Shown here piece by piece: positions 56,861-64,000 of a stretch of 64,000 nucleotides of DNA. Under the pieces are notes generated by a model. That model searched no databases, was not told the origin of the DNA, and worked only from the letters and a program-made list of their open reading frames with translations. The position numbers and the translations under genes were made by a program. This DNA comes from Fibrobacteria bacterium (GTDB lineage Bacteria; Fibrobacterota; Fibrobacteria; UBA11236), in contig JBJHDK010000003.1 of NCBI GenBank assembly GCA_050486505.1, positions 8,287-72,286 on the forward strand. Reading direction: 5' to 3'. Within the stretch, counting starts at the first letter, position 1, and each line of letters starts with the position of its first letter.

Positions 56861-58495
56861 TTATTCGACATCGCGGCACAGGATACGGTGGGTCTCCCCG
56901 TTCGCCCGGCAGAAGGACTTGAGTCCTTCAGTGCAGGCCGGGAGTTCGCCGGTGTCCCAATAACCGAGTTCGCATCTCTTCCAGAGGATGCGCTGGCACT
57001 CGTTGCGCAGGGGGCCGGCTTCGCACTCCGCGCGCACGGGGGCGCATTCCGCGACGCTCGCGGGATAATCGTTCTCGATGCACCATCGGCGTTCGCTCTC
57101 CTGTTTCCTCACGGGGTTCTGAGCCGCCCAGATCGCTGCCGAGTCGCATAGCCCGGGCGGGGCGGCCGGGCCCTCCACGGGGTCGAGACAGGTGGACATG
57201 GCATCAAGGCGGCAATCGGAACGCTCCCACCCCGTGGCAATGCAATACTCGCGGTAGTAGCCAAGGCAGTCGCGCGAATCGAACCAGCCGTTCTCGCGGC
57301 ACGCGGCGGCCCGCGCCAAAGGGTAGGGAACCGCAGGGGTTGCCCCGTCGAGGCGAATGTGGATGTCGAACGAGTCGACGCCCATGCCCGCGAAGAAACC
57401 CCTCCCTCCCGAAACATTCGTGGGAATGCGGATCTTCGCGTTTCCTCCTGCCTCCTGGATGGCGAGAACATAGTCGGTGTAGTTCTGATCGACCCCGTAG
57501 AAATACAGCCGGTTCAGGCCCGTCCAGAAGAATGCGTTCGAGGTCCCCAGCGAGTCCAGGATCGATCCTCCCGTGGTGTTCGGAAAGTCAGGGAAGAACA
57601 GAAGGCGACGGATGTCTCCGGGGTAATAGAAACCCGACGTATCGGGCCGCAGGCCGAAGAGTTCGTCGAAAAGGGTGAAGGGGCGGGCCTCTGTGGTGTC
57701 ATAACGGTGCGTCATGAGAACGCCGCGCACGTCGTTGCTCCGGAGGGTGCGAAAGAAGTGGGACAGGTTGGAGAAACGGCCTCCCAGATAGAACAACGTG
57801 TCTTCCTTGCCGTATCGTAGCATGTCGTTCTGCAGCCATCCGAGCAGGCGCGCATTCATGCGGTCGCCGTTGCGACGCAGCCATGTCCCAAGCGCGGCGG
57901 AATCCCCGTCCATGGCGGTCAGGGTGTCGCCGAACTCCGCGATGAACAGCGCCCGCGGCCCCGGAGGTAGCTGCATGAATACGGAAGGCTTGAAGATGCT
58001 GTCGAGGCTCGCCCCCACGCCCGCGATGCTGGGCGCGACCGCGGAATCCGCGACTGCGAAGGAGGCGGGGACGTGCGCGACCGCCGAGAGCTCGGTGACG
58101 GTACGCGCGCCGGCGCTGTCCCACACGACGCGGGCGTTCAGGGTATAGCTCTGCCCGTGCATGAAGTGTGCCGCCGTGTCGCCCGCGAAGCAGTTTCCCG
58201 AGCGTACCCTGCGTTGCAGCGCCAAGGTCTGGCCCCCGTTCGAGAAGGTTCCCGAAATCCCGATGGAGATACTGTCGTAAAACGGCTTCGCATCGGTGAA
58301 GGCCTCGTCCAGTGCGAGCAGTCGCTCGATGCACACGTTTTCGACCGGCCGATCCGCCACTGCATACGCCGTCAGGGTCAGACCCTTGAAACCCGGAGTC
58401 CTCTCCGGTTTATAGTCCCACGGCCCGGGCAGGCACCCCGACAGGAACAGCGCGTATCCGGCGAGGATCGGCAGGATTCTAGAAGTAAAACTCAT
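56861..58495 (-). CDS. Lipoprotein with a C-terminal Cys-rich domain (about 20 Cys), hypothetical
   Basis: LSGC lipobox. Last about 150 aa carry many paired cysteines. Overlaps the upstream TonB-dependent receptor gene by 17 nt. Confidence 0.55.
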   Translation of the reverse strand: MSFTSRILPILAGYALFLSGCLPGPWDYKPERTPGFKGLTLTAYAVADRPVENVCIERLLALDEAFTDAKPFYDSISIGISGTFSNGGQTLALQRRVRSGNCFAGDTAAHFMHGQSYTLNARVVWDSAGARTVTELSAVAHVPASFAVADSAVAPSIAGVGASLDSIFKPSVFMQLPPGPRALFIAEFGDTLTAMDGDSAALGTWLRRNGDRMNARLLGWLQNDMLRYGKEDTLFYLGGRFSNLSHFFRTLRSNDVRGVLMTHRYDTTEARPFTLFDELFGLRPDTSGFYYPGDIRRLLFFPDFPNTTGGSILDSLGTSNAFFWTGLNRLYFYGVDQNYTDYVLAIQEAGGNAKIRIPTNVSGGRGFFAGMGVDSFDIHIRLDGATPAVPYPLARAAACRENGWFDSRDCLGYYREYCIATGWERSDCRLDAMSTCLDPVEGPAAPPGLCDSAAIWAAQNPVRKQESERRWCIENDYPASVAECAPVRAECEAGPLRNECQRILWKRCELGYWDTGELPACTEGLKSFCRANGETHRILCRDVE

Positions 58496-60920
58496 AGCTC
58501 AGCAGAAAGGGAAAGAAAGGAAACTGCGGAATCGTAAGCCGTTCCGGAGGGTTGGTCGAGCGGTCATAGCTGTAAAGCAGGACATTCTCGTGATCGGTGA
58601 TGTTCAGCATCGTGAATGAGAAATTCCAGCGGCCCTCGCGCCCCCAGTCCACGGGCTTTACGTCCCAGCGAAAGTAAGAGGGAACGAAGGACATGTTGTA
58701 GCTGCCGTTTTCGGTCTGGATGTTCCCCTGAAATTCCGGCCCGGGCCCTCCCGACGGACGCCCTTGGTTCTGGTCGATCAGGTGGGAGGGTTGGTACCCG
58801 GTCACGCGCGTGTAGGGAAGGCCCGTGGCGTACTTCGCCTGGGTCGAGGACCTGAAATACCGGCCCTGTTTTCGTGACGGCCAGATCCCGTCGCGGCCGA
58901 TCCAGTTCACGGCGAGGTCGGCCTTGGCGCTGTGCGGCTGGTGCCAGCTCGGGAAATACGCCTTCTCGAAGGTTTCCTCGCGAATGACGGCCACGCCGTG
59001 GGCGTAACTGAGGCCGCCTGAAACGACGCCGCCCGGCTTGCGCAACTCCGCTTCGAAGCCGTAGGAATATCCTTCCGCTCCCCGGAAAAAGTCCGCGAAC
59101 TCCGCCTCGGGATCATTCCGGATCGAGTCGGGGACCTCCGCGTCCGGTGCGCTCACGACGAGATCGTAGAGCGCCTTGTAATAGCCTTCGAGCGTGAAGT
59201 CGAAGATTCCGGAGATGTCGCGGCGCGAGTATCCCAACGCGAGAAGAAGCGAGGACGACGGGGGGACGCTTCGATATTTTCCCCTTGTCGCGGGGTAGTA
59301 GAACTCATTGAGATTTTCCTGGTCGCTGAAGAGGATGGAATTCACGTGCTGCACGTAGTAGCCTGCGTGCGCCTCCACCGACTGGTTGGCGGGAAGCTGC
59401 CTGCGCACCGTGAACCGCGGCTCCGCCGTGAAAGCGTTCAGGCCGGTCAGAAAGTTCAGGCGTGCGCCCGACACGAGTTCCCACTCCCGCGCTCCCGCGG
59501 GAATCCACGAGTCCTGCGCGAAGGCGCTCGCCAGCAGGAAATCGGGCGCGTCGCGGAAGGTCACCCCCGCGATGTCCTGGGTGTTGCGAAAAACCACGGA
59601 CGTGTGCTCCAGGCTTCCCCCGAAGAGCAGGCGATGGTCGTCGAGGCCGGTGTACTCCACCGAGTGGCGCAGCTTCCATGTCACGATGTTGTTGTAAAAC
59701 TCGAAGAGGTCCTCCAGCCCGAAGGACTGGCTCATCAGGCTGTACGACAGCGTGGTGGAGGTGGCGAGATCGTTCGAGAAGCGCCAGCGCAGGTTGAGGG
59801 GGATCACGGTGTTGCCCCACTCGATGAGGAAGGGGTCGAACTTCAGCCGGTCCCTGCCTTGGTACACGGAAAGGCCGATCTCGCGGTCCGGGCCGAGGGC
59901 GTAGGCGAAATGCCCCTGCAGGTCGTAGAAGTAATAGTCGAGGATCAGGTCGGTGAGGCCTTGGTCGCGCAGGTAGTCCACCAACTGCCTGATGTAGGTG
60001 GTGCGCCCCGCGAACAGCCAGCTGAAGTCTCCTTGCCGCCCTTCGGTATGCGCCTGCGAGGCGATGGTGCTGATCTTCACGGAGGATCCCCGGAACCACG
60101 TGTCCACCGTGTCGTTCCCCCCCTTCCTCGACTGGATATCGAGCACCGACGACAGACGGTTGCCGTACTCGGGAGGGAAACCGCCCTTGTAGAAGGTCAC
60201 TTCGTCGATGCCTTCGACAAGGAAGGTCGAGAACAGGCCGAAGAAGTGTACCGGGGAGTACACCACGGCATTGTCGAAGAGGATGAGGTTCTGGTCGCTC
60301 GCGCCGCCGCGCACGTAGATCTTCGTGGAGAAGTCGGAGCTGGCGACCACGCCCGGGAGCCCCTGGATCGCGCGGATGACGTCGGCTTCGGCCAGGCCGG
60401 GCAGGCGGCGGATGCGGTCGGCGTCGAGGGTCTCGCGGCCGCCTGGTGCGGAGGCGCGGCGTCCGCGCGCAACGGCGTCGCCCAGGTCCAGAATCTCCGA
60501 GGCGTCATCGGGAGGCTGTATAACGACCGGGGTGACGTCCTCGCTCGCCACTTCGGCGAGGGTGTCCGCGTCCCAGCGGTGGGGATCCGGGTCGACCAGA
60601 AGCACCTGGTCGGGAGTCAGTGCGCCGCCTTCGAGCAGCACGGTGAAGAGCGTGTCGGTTCCGGGCCTTGCGATGCGGAAACAGCCTTCGCCGTCGCGGC
60701 CCCGCGCACAGAGCGTCCAGGAGTCGCGCGCGGGGAGGCGCAGCGAGAAGGGCTGATCGGGAATGATCGACAACGTGTCTCCCGTCTCGAGCACCTCGAA
60801 ACGATACGGGCCGGGCGGCGGAAACGCAACGTCGCCGAGGATCCCGTCGACGCGCACTGTTCCGGTCGCGGCTGCGACGGAGGAGGCAATGAGCAGGGCC
60901 GTGACGAGTCTGGAAATCAT
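58479..60920 (-). CDS. TonB-dependent receptor-like outer membrane protein with an N-terminal extension
   Basis: Plug motifs (DADRIRRLPGLAEADVIRAIQGLPGV, IYVRGG) and a 22-strand barrel-like body ending ...SYEFYF. Start taken at MISRLVTALL. Confidence 0.75.
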   Translation of the reverse strand: MISRLVTALLIASSVAAATGTVRVDGILGDVAFPPPGPYRFEVLETGDTLSIIPDQPFSLRLPARDSWTLCARGRDGEGCFRIARPGTDTLFTVLLEGGALTPDQVLLVDPDPHRWDADTLAEVASEDVTPVVIQPPDDASEILDLGDAVARGRRASAPGGRETLDADRIRRLPGLAEADVIRAIQGLPGVVASSDFSTKIYVRGGASDQNLILFDNAVVYSPVHFFGLFSTFLVEGIDEVTFYKGGFPPEYGNRLSSVLDIQSRKGGNDTVDTWFRGSSVKISTIASQAHTEGRQGDFSWLFAGRTTYIRQLVDYLRDQGLTDLILDYYFYDLQGHFAYALGPDREIGLSVYQGRDRLKFDPFLIEWGNTVIPLNLRWRFSNDLATSTTLSYSLMSQSFGLEDLFEFYNNIVTWKLRHSVEYTGLDDHRLLFGGSLEHTSVVFRNTQDIAGVTFRDAPDFLLASAFAQDSWIPAGAREWELVSGARLNFLTGLNAFTAEPRFTVRRQLPANQSVEAHAGYYVQHVNSILFSDQENLNEFYYPATRGKYRSVPPSSSLLLALGYSRRDISGIFDFTLEGYYKALYDLVVSAPDAEVPDSIRNDPEAEFADFFRGAEGYSYGFEAELRKPGGVVSGGLSYAHGVAVIREETFEKAYFPSWHQPHSAKADLAVNWIGRDGIWPSRKQGRYFRSSTQAKYATGLPYTRVTGYQPSHLIDQNQGRPSGGPGPEFQGNIQTENGSYNMSFVPSYFRWDVKPVDWGREGRWNFSFTMLNITDHENVLLYSYDRSTNPPERLTIPQFPFFPFLLSYEFYF

Positions 60921-61023
60921 GCGAGGGAGGGCCGGGAAGCGGGCAAAGTTAGAACCGCACCGCGTTCTTCGCACCTGAAAAACGCGACGGGAGGGAAAAG
61001 GGACGTTTCATGTCGATGACGGG

Positions 61024-63537
61024 TCACTTGCCGATGCGGATGCCGGCGAATGCCCCGGGCCAGAGGCTTACGTTGTCGTTGATGGTGCGGAGGTAGGGGA
61101 GGTCGGTCCCGGTGAGGGGGACGTCGGTATTGATGTGCGTCGCAACGTTGTACGAAATGCCGCCGAAGACGGAGAAGATCGGAGCCGCCTTCCAGCCCAG
61201 CGCGACGCGCAGGCGGGTCCATTCGGTGGTCACGTCCCCGTCGTCGAACGAGAACCCCTTGGGTTCGAACAGTGTGCTGTAGAGGAGATCCGGTTCGACG
61301 AAGAGGGGCGTGCCCGGGATCCCGAAATGGATTCCGGTCCCGAACGTGGGAGCGATCAGGGTTTGGTCCGCGAGAGGACGGGTGCCGACCGCCAGGATCG
61401 AATAGACGGAGCGAACCCCCGTCCTCAGGCCCGCGTACGCCGTTCCGGTTTCATCCGCCCAGGATTGACCGTGAAAGGAACCCTTGCGGCTGATGTTGAC
61501 GAGCCCGATCGGGAAACCCGACTCATAGTCGCTCGAGAGATTGATGAGCCCGATCTGGTGCCCTTGCACGGTGCCGGCAAGGTTCAGCACCCCGGCTCCC
61601 TGTACCCCCTGGAGCGATCCGAAGGCCATGTTGAAAACCCCCGAGGCCTGGACACCCTCGACGCCACCCGCGGCATTGAAAACGCCCGCTCCCTGTCCGC
61701 CCTGGACGCTGCCGGCGGCTGCGTTGAAGATTCCCGCTCCCTGTCCGCCCTGGACGCTGCCCGCGGCCAGGTTGAAGATGCCTGCGCCCTGCCCGCCCTG
61801 TACATTTCCGGCCGCCATATTGAAGATTCCTGAACCCTGTCCGCCGTACACATTCCCTGCGGCCATGCTGAAGATCCCCGCGCCCTGCCCGCCGTGGACG
61901 CCTCCCGCAGCCATGTTGAAAATGCCTGCGCCCTGCCCGCCGTGAACCCCCCCGGCCGACATGTTGAAGATTCCCGCGCCTTGGAGACCGCGAAGGCTGT
62001 CGGCGGAGATGTTGAAGATTCCCGAGAGTTGGCCTCCCCTCACGGTGTCGGCGGAGATGTTGAAAACTCCGGAGCCTTGCCATCCCTCGACACCGCCGCC
62101 GGCGATGTTGAAGATTCCCGCGCCCTGGACCCCGCGGACGGATCCGCCTGCGATCCCGAAGACGCCCGAGATTTGCGCCCCTGAAAGTTCCTCGCCCACG
62201 ATGCTGCCGACCTGGTTGAGTTGGAACCCCCGCAGCCCGCCCTCGACGGCATTGATGCCGACGGCGGCCTGGTATCCCTCCAGGTCACCCCGTGTCCGGT
62301 TGAAGAGGAAGGAAAGCTGTCCTCCCCGCCTGTTGGCGTGCGCGTCGGTCGCCAGCAACGCGATCTGGGTGCCGTGCCAGTCGTGCCTTTGCACGTCGTA
62401 AAAAATCGAGGAAGAAAACCCCGGCTCCCCGTCGTCGGGAACGCGCTGAAACTCTCGCCGCGCCGAAGCCGTGCCGCCGCGTGTCACGGTCGGTTCCCCC
62501 GACACGGGACGGAAGGAGGCGGGGGTGAGCTGCGTGGCCTGCCCTTCCGTCAGGGTGACGCGGGCCATGCTCCAGTCGGCGCCGCGCAGCAGGCGCACGC
62601 TGTAGGTTCCCGGCGCGAGACCGATGCGCATTTCGCGGCCTGCGGGTTTGTTCAGCTCGGCCGCGAGCTGGTCGAGGCTGTCGCGCAGGAAGAGACGGCC
62701 GTGCAGCGCCTCCGGACGCTCGAGGAAGGCCGATGCCTGGCGCAGGTCGGTGAGCACGATGTCGCCGCTGCCGCTGAGCTGGATGTCGTAGGCGGCATGC
62801 TGCGGGCCTCCCCGCGTTCTCTCGGTGCGCGCCAGTGTCTCGTGGTAGGCGAACTGGTAGGCCTCGTGCAGGGTCACGCGCCCGTCGCGCGAGGCGTCGG
62901 CGGCGCCGCGCAATCCCGTGTTCAGCGCATGGGTGAAGAACGATCCGCCCACGCGGTCGCTTTCCTGCGCCACCTCGCTCTCCGAGGAGGAGGTGAGGAT
63001 CGCGTAGCCTTCAGAGCGTGTGGACTGGTCCACGAGAAACGCGGGAACGTGCTGGCCGCCCTTGATGCGCGTCAGCGCGCCCGAGGCGCAGGCATCCACC
63101 ACGGCGATGCGCACGTCGGCATCGAGCCCGTTCATGCCGTCGCGGAAGGACCGGTACGAAAACCCTTCCCTGCCCAGCAGCAGGCCGCGCTCGTCGGCGT
63201 GCCCGGAGTAATACACGATGGCCTCCACGCGTTCTCCCGCGCGCCTCAGCGACGCGGATTGCCTGCGCAGGTCGGAGAAGGCGCGGGCGATGCCTGCGCT
63301 GTCGGGGTCGAGCAGCACCACCGCATCGGCCGGATCGAGCCCGCCGAGCTCCACCAAGGTGCGTTTGAACGCGGCGGCATCGGATCCGGCGTAGAGCAAA
63401 CGCTCACGTCCCTGACCCCCATCGTGGTGCCCGATCAACAGGGCGACGCGCCGGGTGTTGCCGTCACCGGTGAACGCCGGGGAGGGGGTGGCGCTCCAGG
63501 CCAGCGCGCATGCGAGAAACAGGGCGAGGTGTTTCAT
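61024..63537 (-). CDS. Caspase-like (peptidase C14) domain protein with about 15 tandem 16-aa Gly-rich repeats and a C-terminal putative membrane/beta-barrel domain
   Basis: Signal peptide. Caspase His/Cys dyad context (IVYYSGHADE, AVVDACASG). Repeat GAGIFNMAAGxVxGGQ about 15 times. Confidence 0.7.
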   Translation of the reverse strand: MKHLALFLACALAWSATPSPAFTGDGNTRRVALLIGHHDGGQGRERLLYAGSDAAAFKRTLVELGGLDPADAVVLLDPDSAGIARAFSDLRRQSASLRRAGERVEAIVYYSGHADERGLLLGREGFSYRSFRDGMNGLDADVRIAVVDACASGALTRIKGGQHVPAFLVDQSTRSEGYAILTSSSESEVAQESDRVGGSFFTHALNTGLRGAADASRDGRVTLHEAYQFAYHETLARTERTRGGPQHAAYDIQLSGSGDIVLTDLRQASAFLERPEALHGRLFLRDSLDQLAAELNKPAGREMRIGLAPGTYSVRLLRGADWSMARVTLTEGQATQLTPASFRPVSGEPTVTRGGTASARREFQRVPDDGEPGFSSSIFYDVQRHDWHGTQIALLATDAHANRRGGQLSFLFNRTRGDLEGYQAAVGINAVEGGLRGFQLNQVGSIVGEELSGAQISGVFGIAGGSVRGVQGAGIFNIAGGGVEGWQGSGVFNISADTVRGGQLSGIFNISADSLRGLQGAGIFNMSAGGVHGGQGAGIFNMAAGGVHGGQGAGIFSMAAGNVYGGQGSGIFNMAAGNVQGGQGAGIFNLAAGSVQGGQGAGIFNAAAGSVQGGQGAGVFNAAGGVEGVQASGVFNMAFGSLQGVQGAGVLNLAGTVQGHQIGLINLSSDYESGFPIGLVNISRKGSFHGQSWADETGTAYAGLRTGVRSVYSILAVGTRPLADQTLIAPTFGTGIHFGIPGTPLFVEPDLLYSTLFEPKGFSFDDGDVTTEWTRLRVALGWKAAPIFSVFGGISYNVATHINTDVPLTGTDLPYLRTINDNVSLWPGAFAGIRIGK
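61534..62265 (-). repeat. In-frame 48-bp tandem coding repeats (about 15 copies) encoding the GxGIFN 16-aa repeat
   Basis: CTGGACGCTGCCGGCGGCTGCGTTGAAGATTCCCGCTCCCTGTCCGCC-type units recur with 48-nt periodicity. Spurious ORFs appear on other frames here. Confidence 0.6.
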
Positions 63538-64000
63538 ATTCCGTTTTCCTTGGTGACGTCGAAGCGAACGACGCGGGTGTTTCGGGGCTGCCTGCCCGAC
63601 GGGATGTCGCGGTGGGCATGGAGTACTTCAAGCAAGGGATTCAGCGCGAACGTTCCGTCCGAGACGACCAGGAAGAAACGCTCGTACCCCGGCGCGGCGT
63701 CCAGTTTGAACGCCGACGGCAGCAGGACTTCGCCTCCGCGGAGCGAACCGGCCTCGTCCCCTTGCGCGGGCCAGTGCCGGGTCACGTTTCCGTTTCCGTC
63801 CACCGAGAAAATCGCCCCGTACCGGAAGCCTCCGGACTGATACCCCAGGCGCAGGATGTCGCCGGGACGGGCTTTTCCACCGGGATGCAGTGCCTCCGCG
63901 CCCTCGGTTGTCCTGCGGAACACGGCCAGTTGCGGCTCCAGTCCCTTGATGCGCGTCTCTTCGATCAGGGTTCCTGCGTCGCTGCCGACGGTTCCGGAGG
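63534..64000 (-). CDS. DUF4384-like domain protein, 5'-partial (runs off the window end). The frame stays open beyond the listed start at 63923
   Basis: Motif GDILRLGYQSGGFRYGAIFSVDGNGNVTRHWP resembles DUF4384, a domain that often accompanies caspase domains. ATGA-type overlap with the downstream caspase gene. No stop codon between 63924 and 64000 in frame. Confidence 0.5.
   Translation of the reverse strand, partial: SGTVGSDAGTLIEETRIKGLEPQLAVFRRTTEGAEALHPGGKARPGDILRLGYQSGGFRYGAIFSVDGNGNVTRHWPAQGDEAGSLRGGEVLLPSAFKLDAAPGYERFFLVVSDGTFALNPLLEVLHAHRDIPSGRQPRNTRVVRFDVTKENGI

Noticed and set aside
61541-62401. Multiple plus-strand ORFs (Pro/Cys/Trp-rich, 134-146 aa) across the caspase repeat region.
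   Set aside because: They are artefacts of the 48-bp tandem repeat read in other frames. The minus-strand frame is the only one with protein-like composition and domain context.
1-64000. CRISPR arrays, rRNA and tRNA genes, transposases, integrases, phage structural genes.
   Set aside because: None were found. The tandem repeats present are contiguous short units (7-9 bp) or in-frame coding repeats, not repeat-spacer arrays. All intergenic gaps are under 270 bp and none is tRNA-like.

Overview
This is a 64 kb high-GC chromosomal stretch (roughly two-thirds G+C by eye). It is densely packed with about 55 genes on both strands, many joined by 4-nt ATGA overlaps. I found no rRNA, tRNA, CRISPR array, transposase or integrase.

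The content is a mix of housekeeping genes and cell-envelope genes.
- Housekeeping genes include a ferredoxin-type sulfite/nitrite reductase (5' partial), rfbA-adk, an M32 carboxypeptidase, purU, inositol monophosphatase, an IMPDH-family dehydrogenase, ilvBN, class II B12-dependent ribonucleotide reductase, rpsD, aroA, a PLP sulfhydrylase, htpG and rpiA.
- Envelope genes include an NfeD/NfeD-short/FloA flotillin operon, several lipoproteins, putative outer-membrane beta-barrel proteins, a TonB-dependent receptor, a DsbD-like protein, CDF and DMT transporters, a GH43 hydrolase, and a secreted protein carrying a type IX secretion (T9SS) C-terminal sorting domain.

Two clues point to an uncultured, high-GC member of the Fibrobacteres/Bacteroidetes-related (FCB) group: the T9SS C-terminal domain, and two copies of the Fibrobacter-type TIGR02147/DUF4423 protein.

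The candidates most worth follow-up are:
- A minus-strand cluster at the 3' end of the window (56.8 to 64.0 kb) encoding an outer-membrane-anchored caspase-like (peptidase C14) protein with about 15 tandem 16-residue repeats, a DUF4384 partner, a TonB-dependent receptor and a Cys-rich lipoprotein.
- Two paralogous TIGR02147 regulator-plus-lipoprotein cassettes.
- Two MITE-like inverted-repeat elements whose arms are built from tandem 7-8-mers, and one hairpin built from a 9-bp ATGGAC-type unit.
- A REP-like GTAAGGGCGACC palindrome family with at least five copies.
- An orphan DppD/DppF ATPase pair with no permease nearby.
- Tandem paralogous OMP genes.
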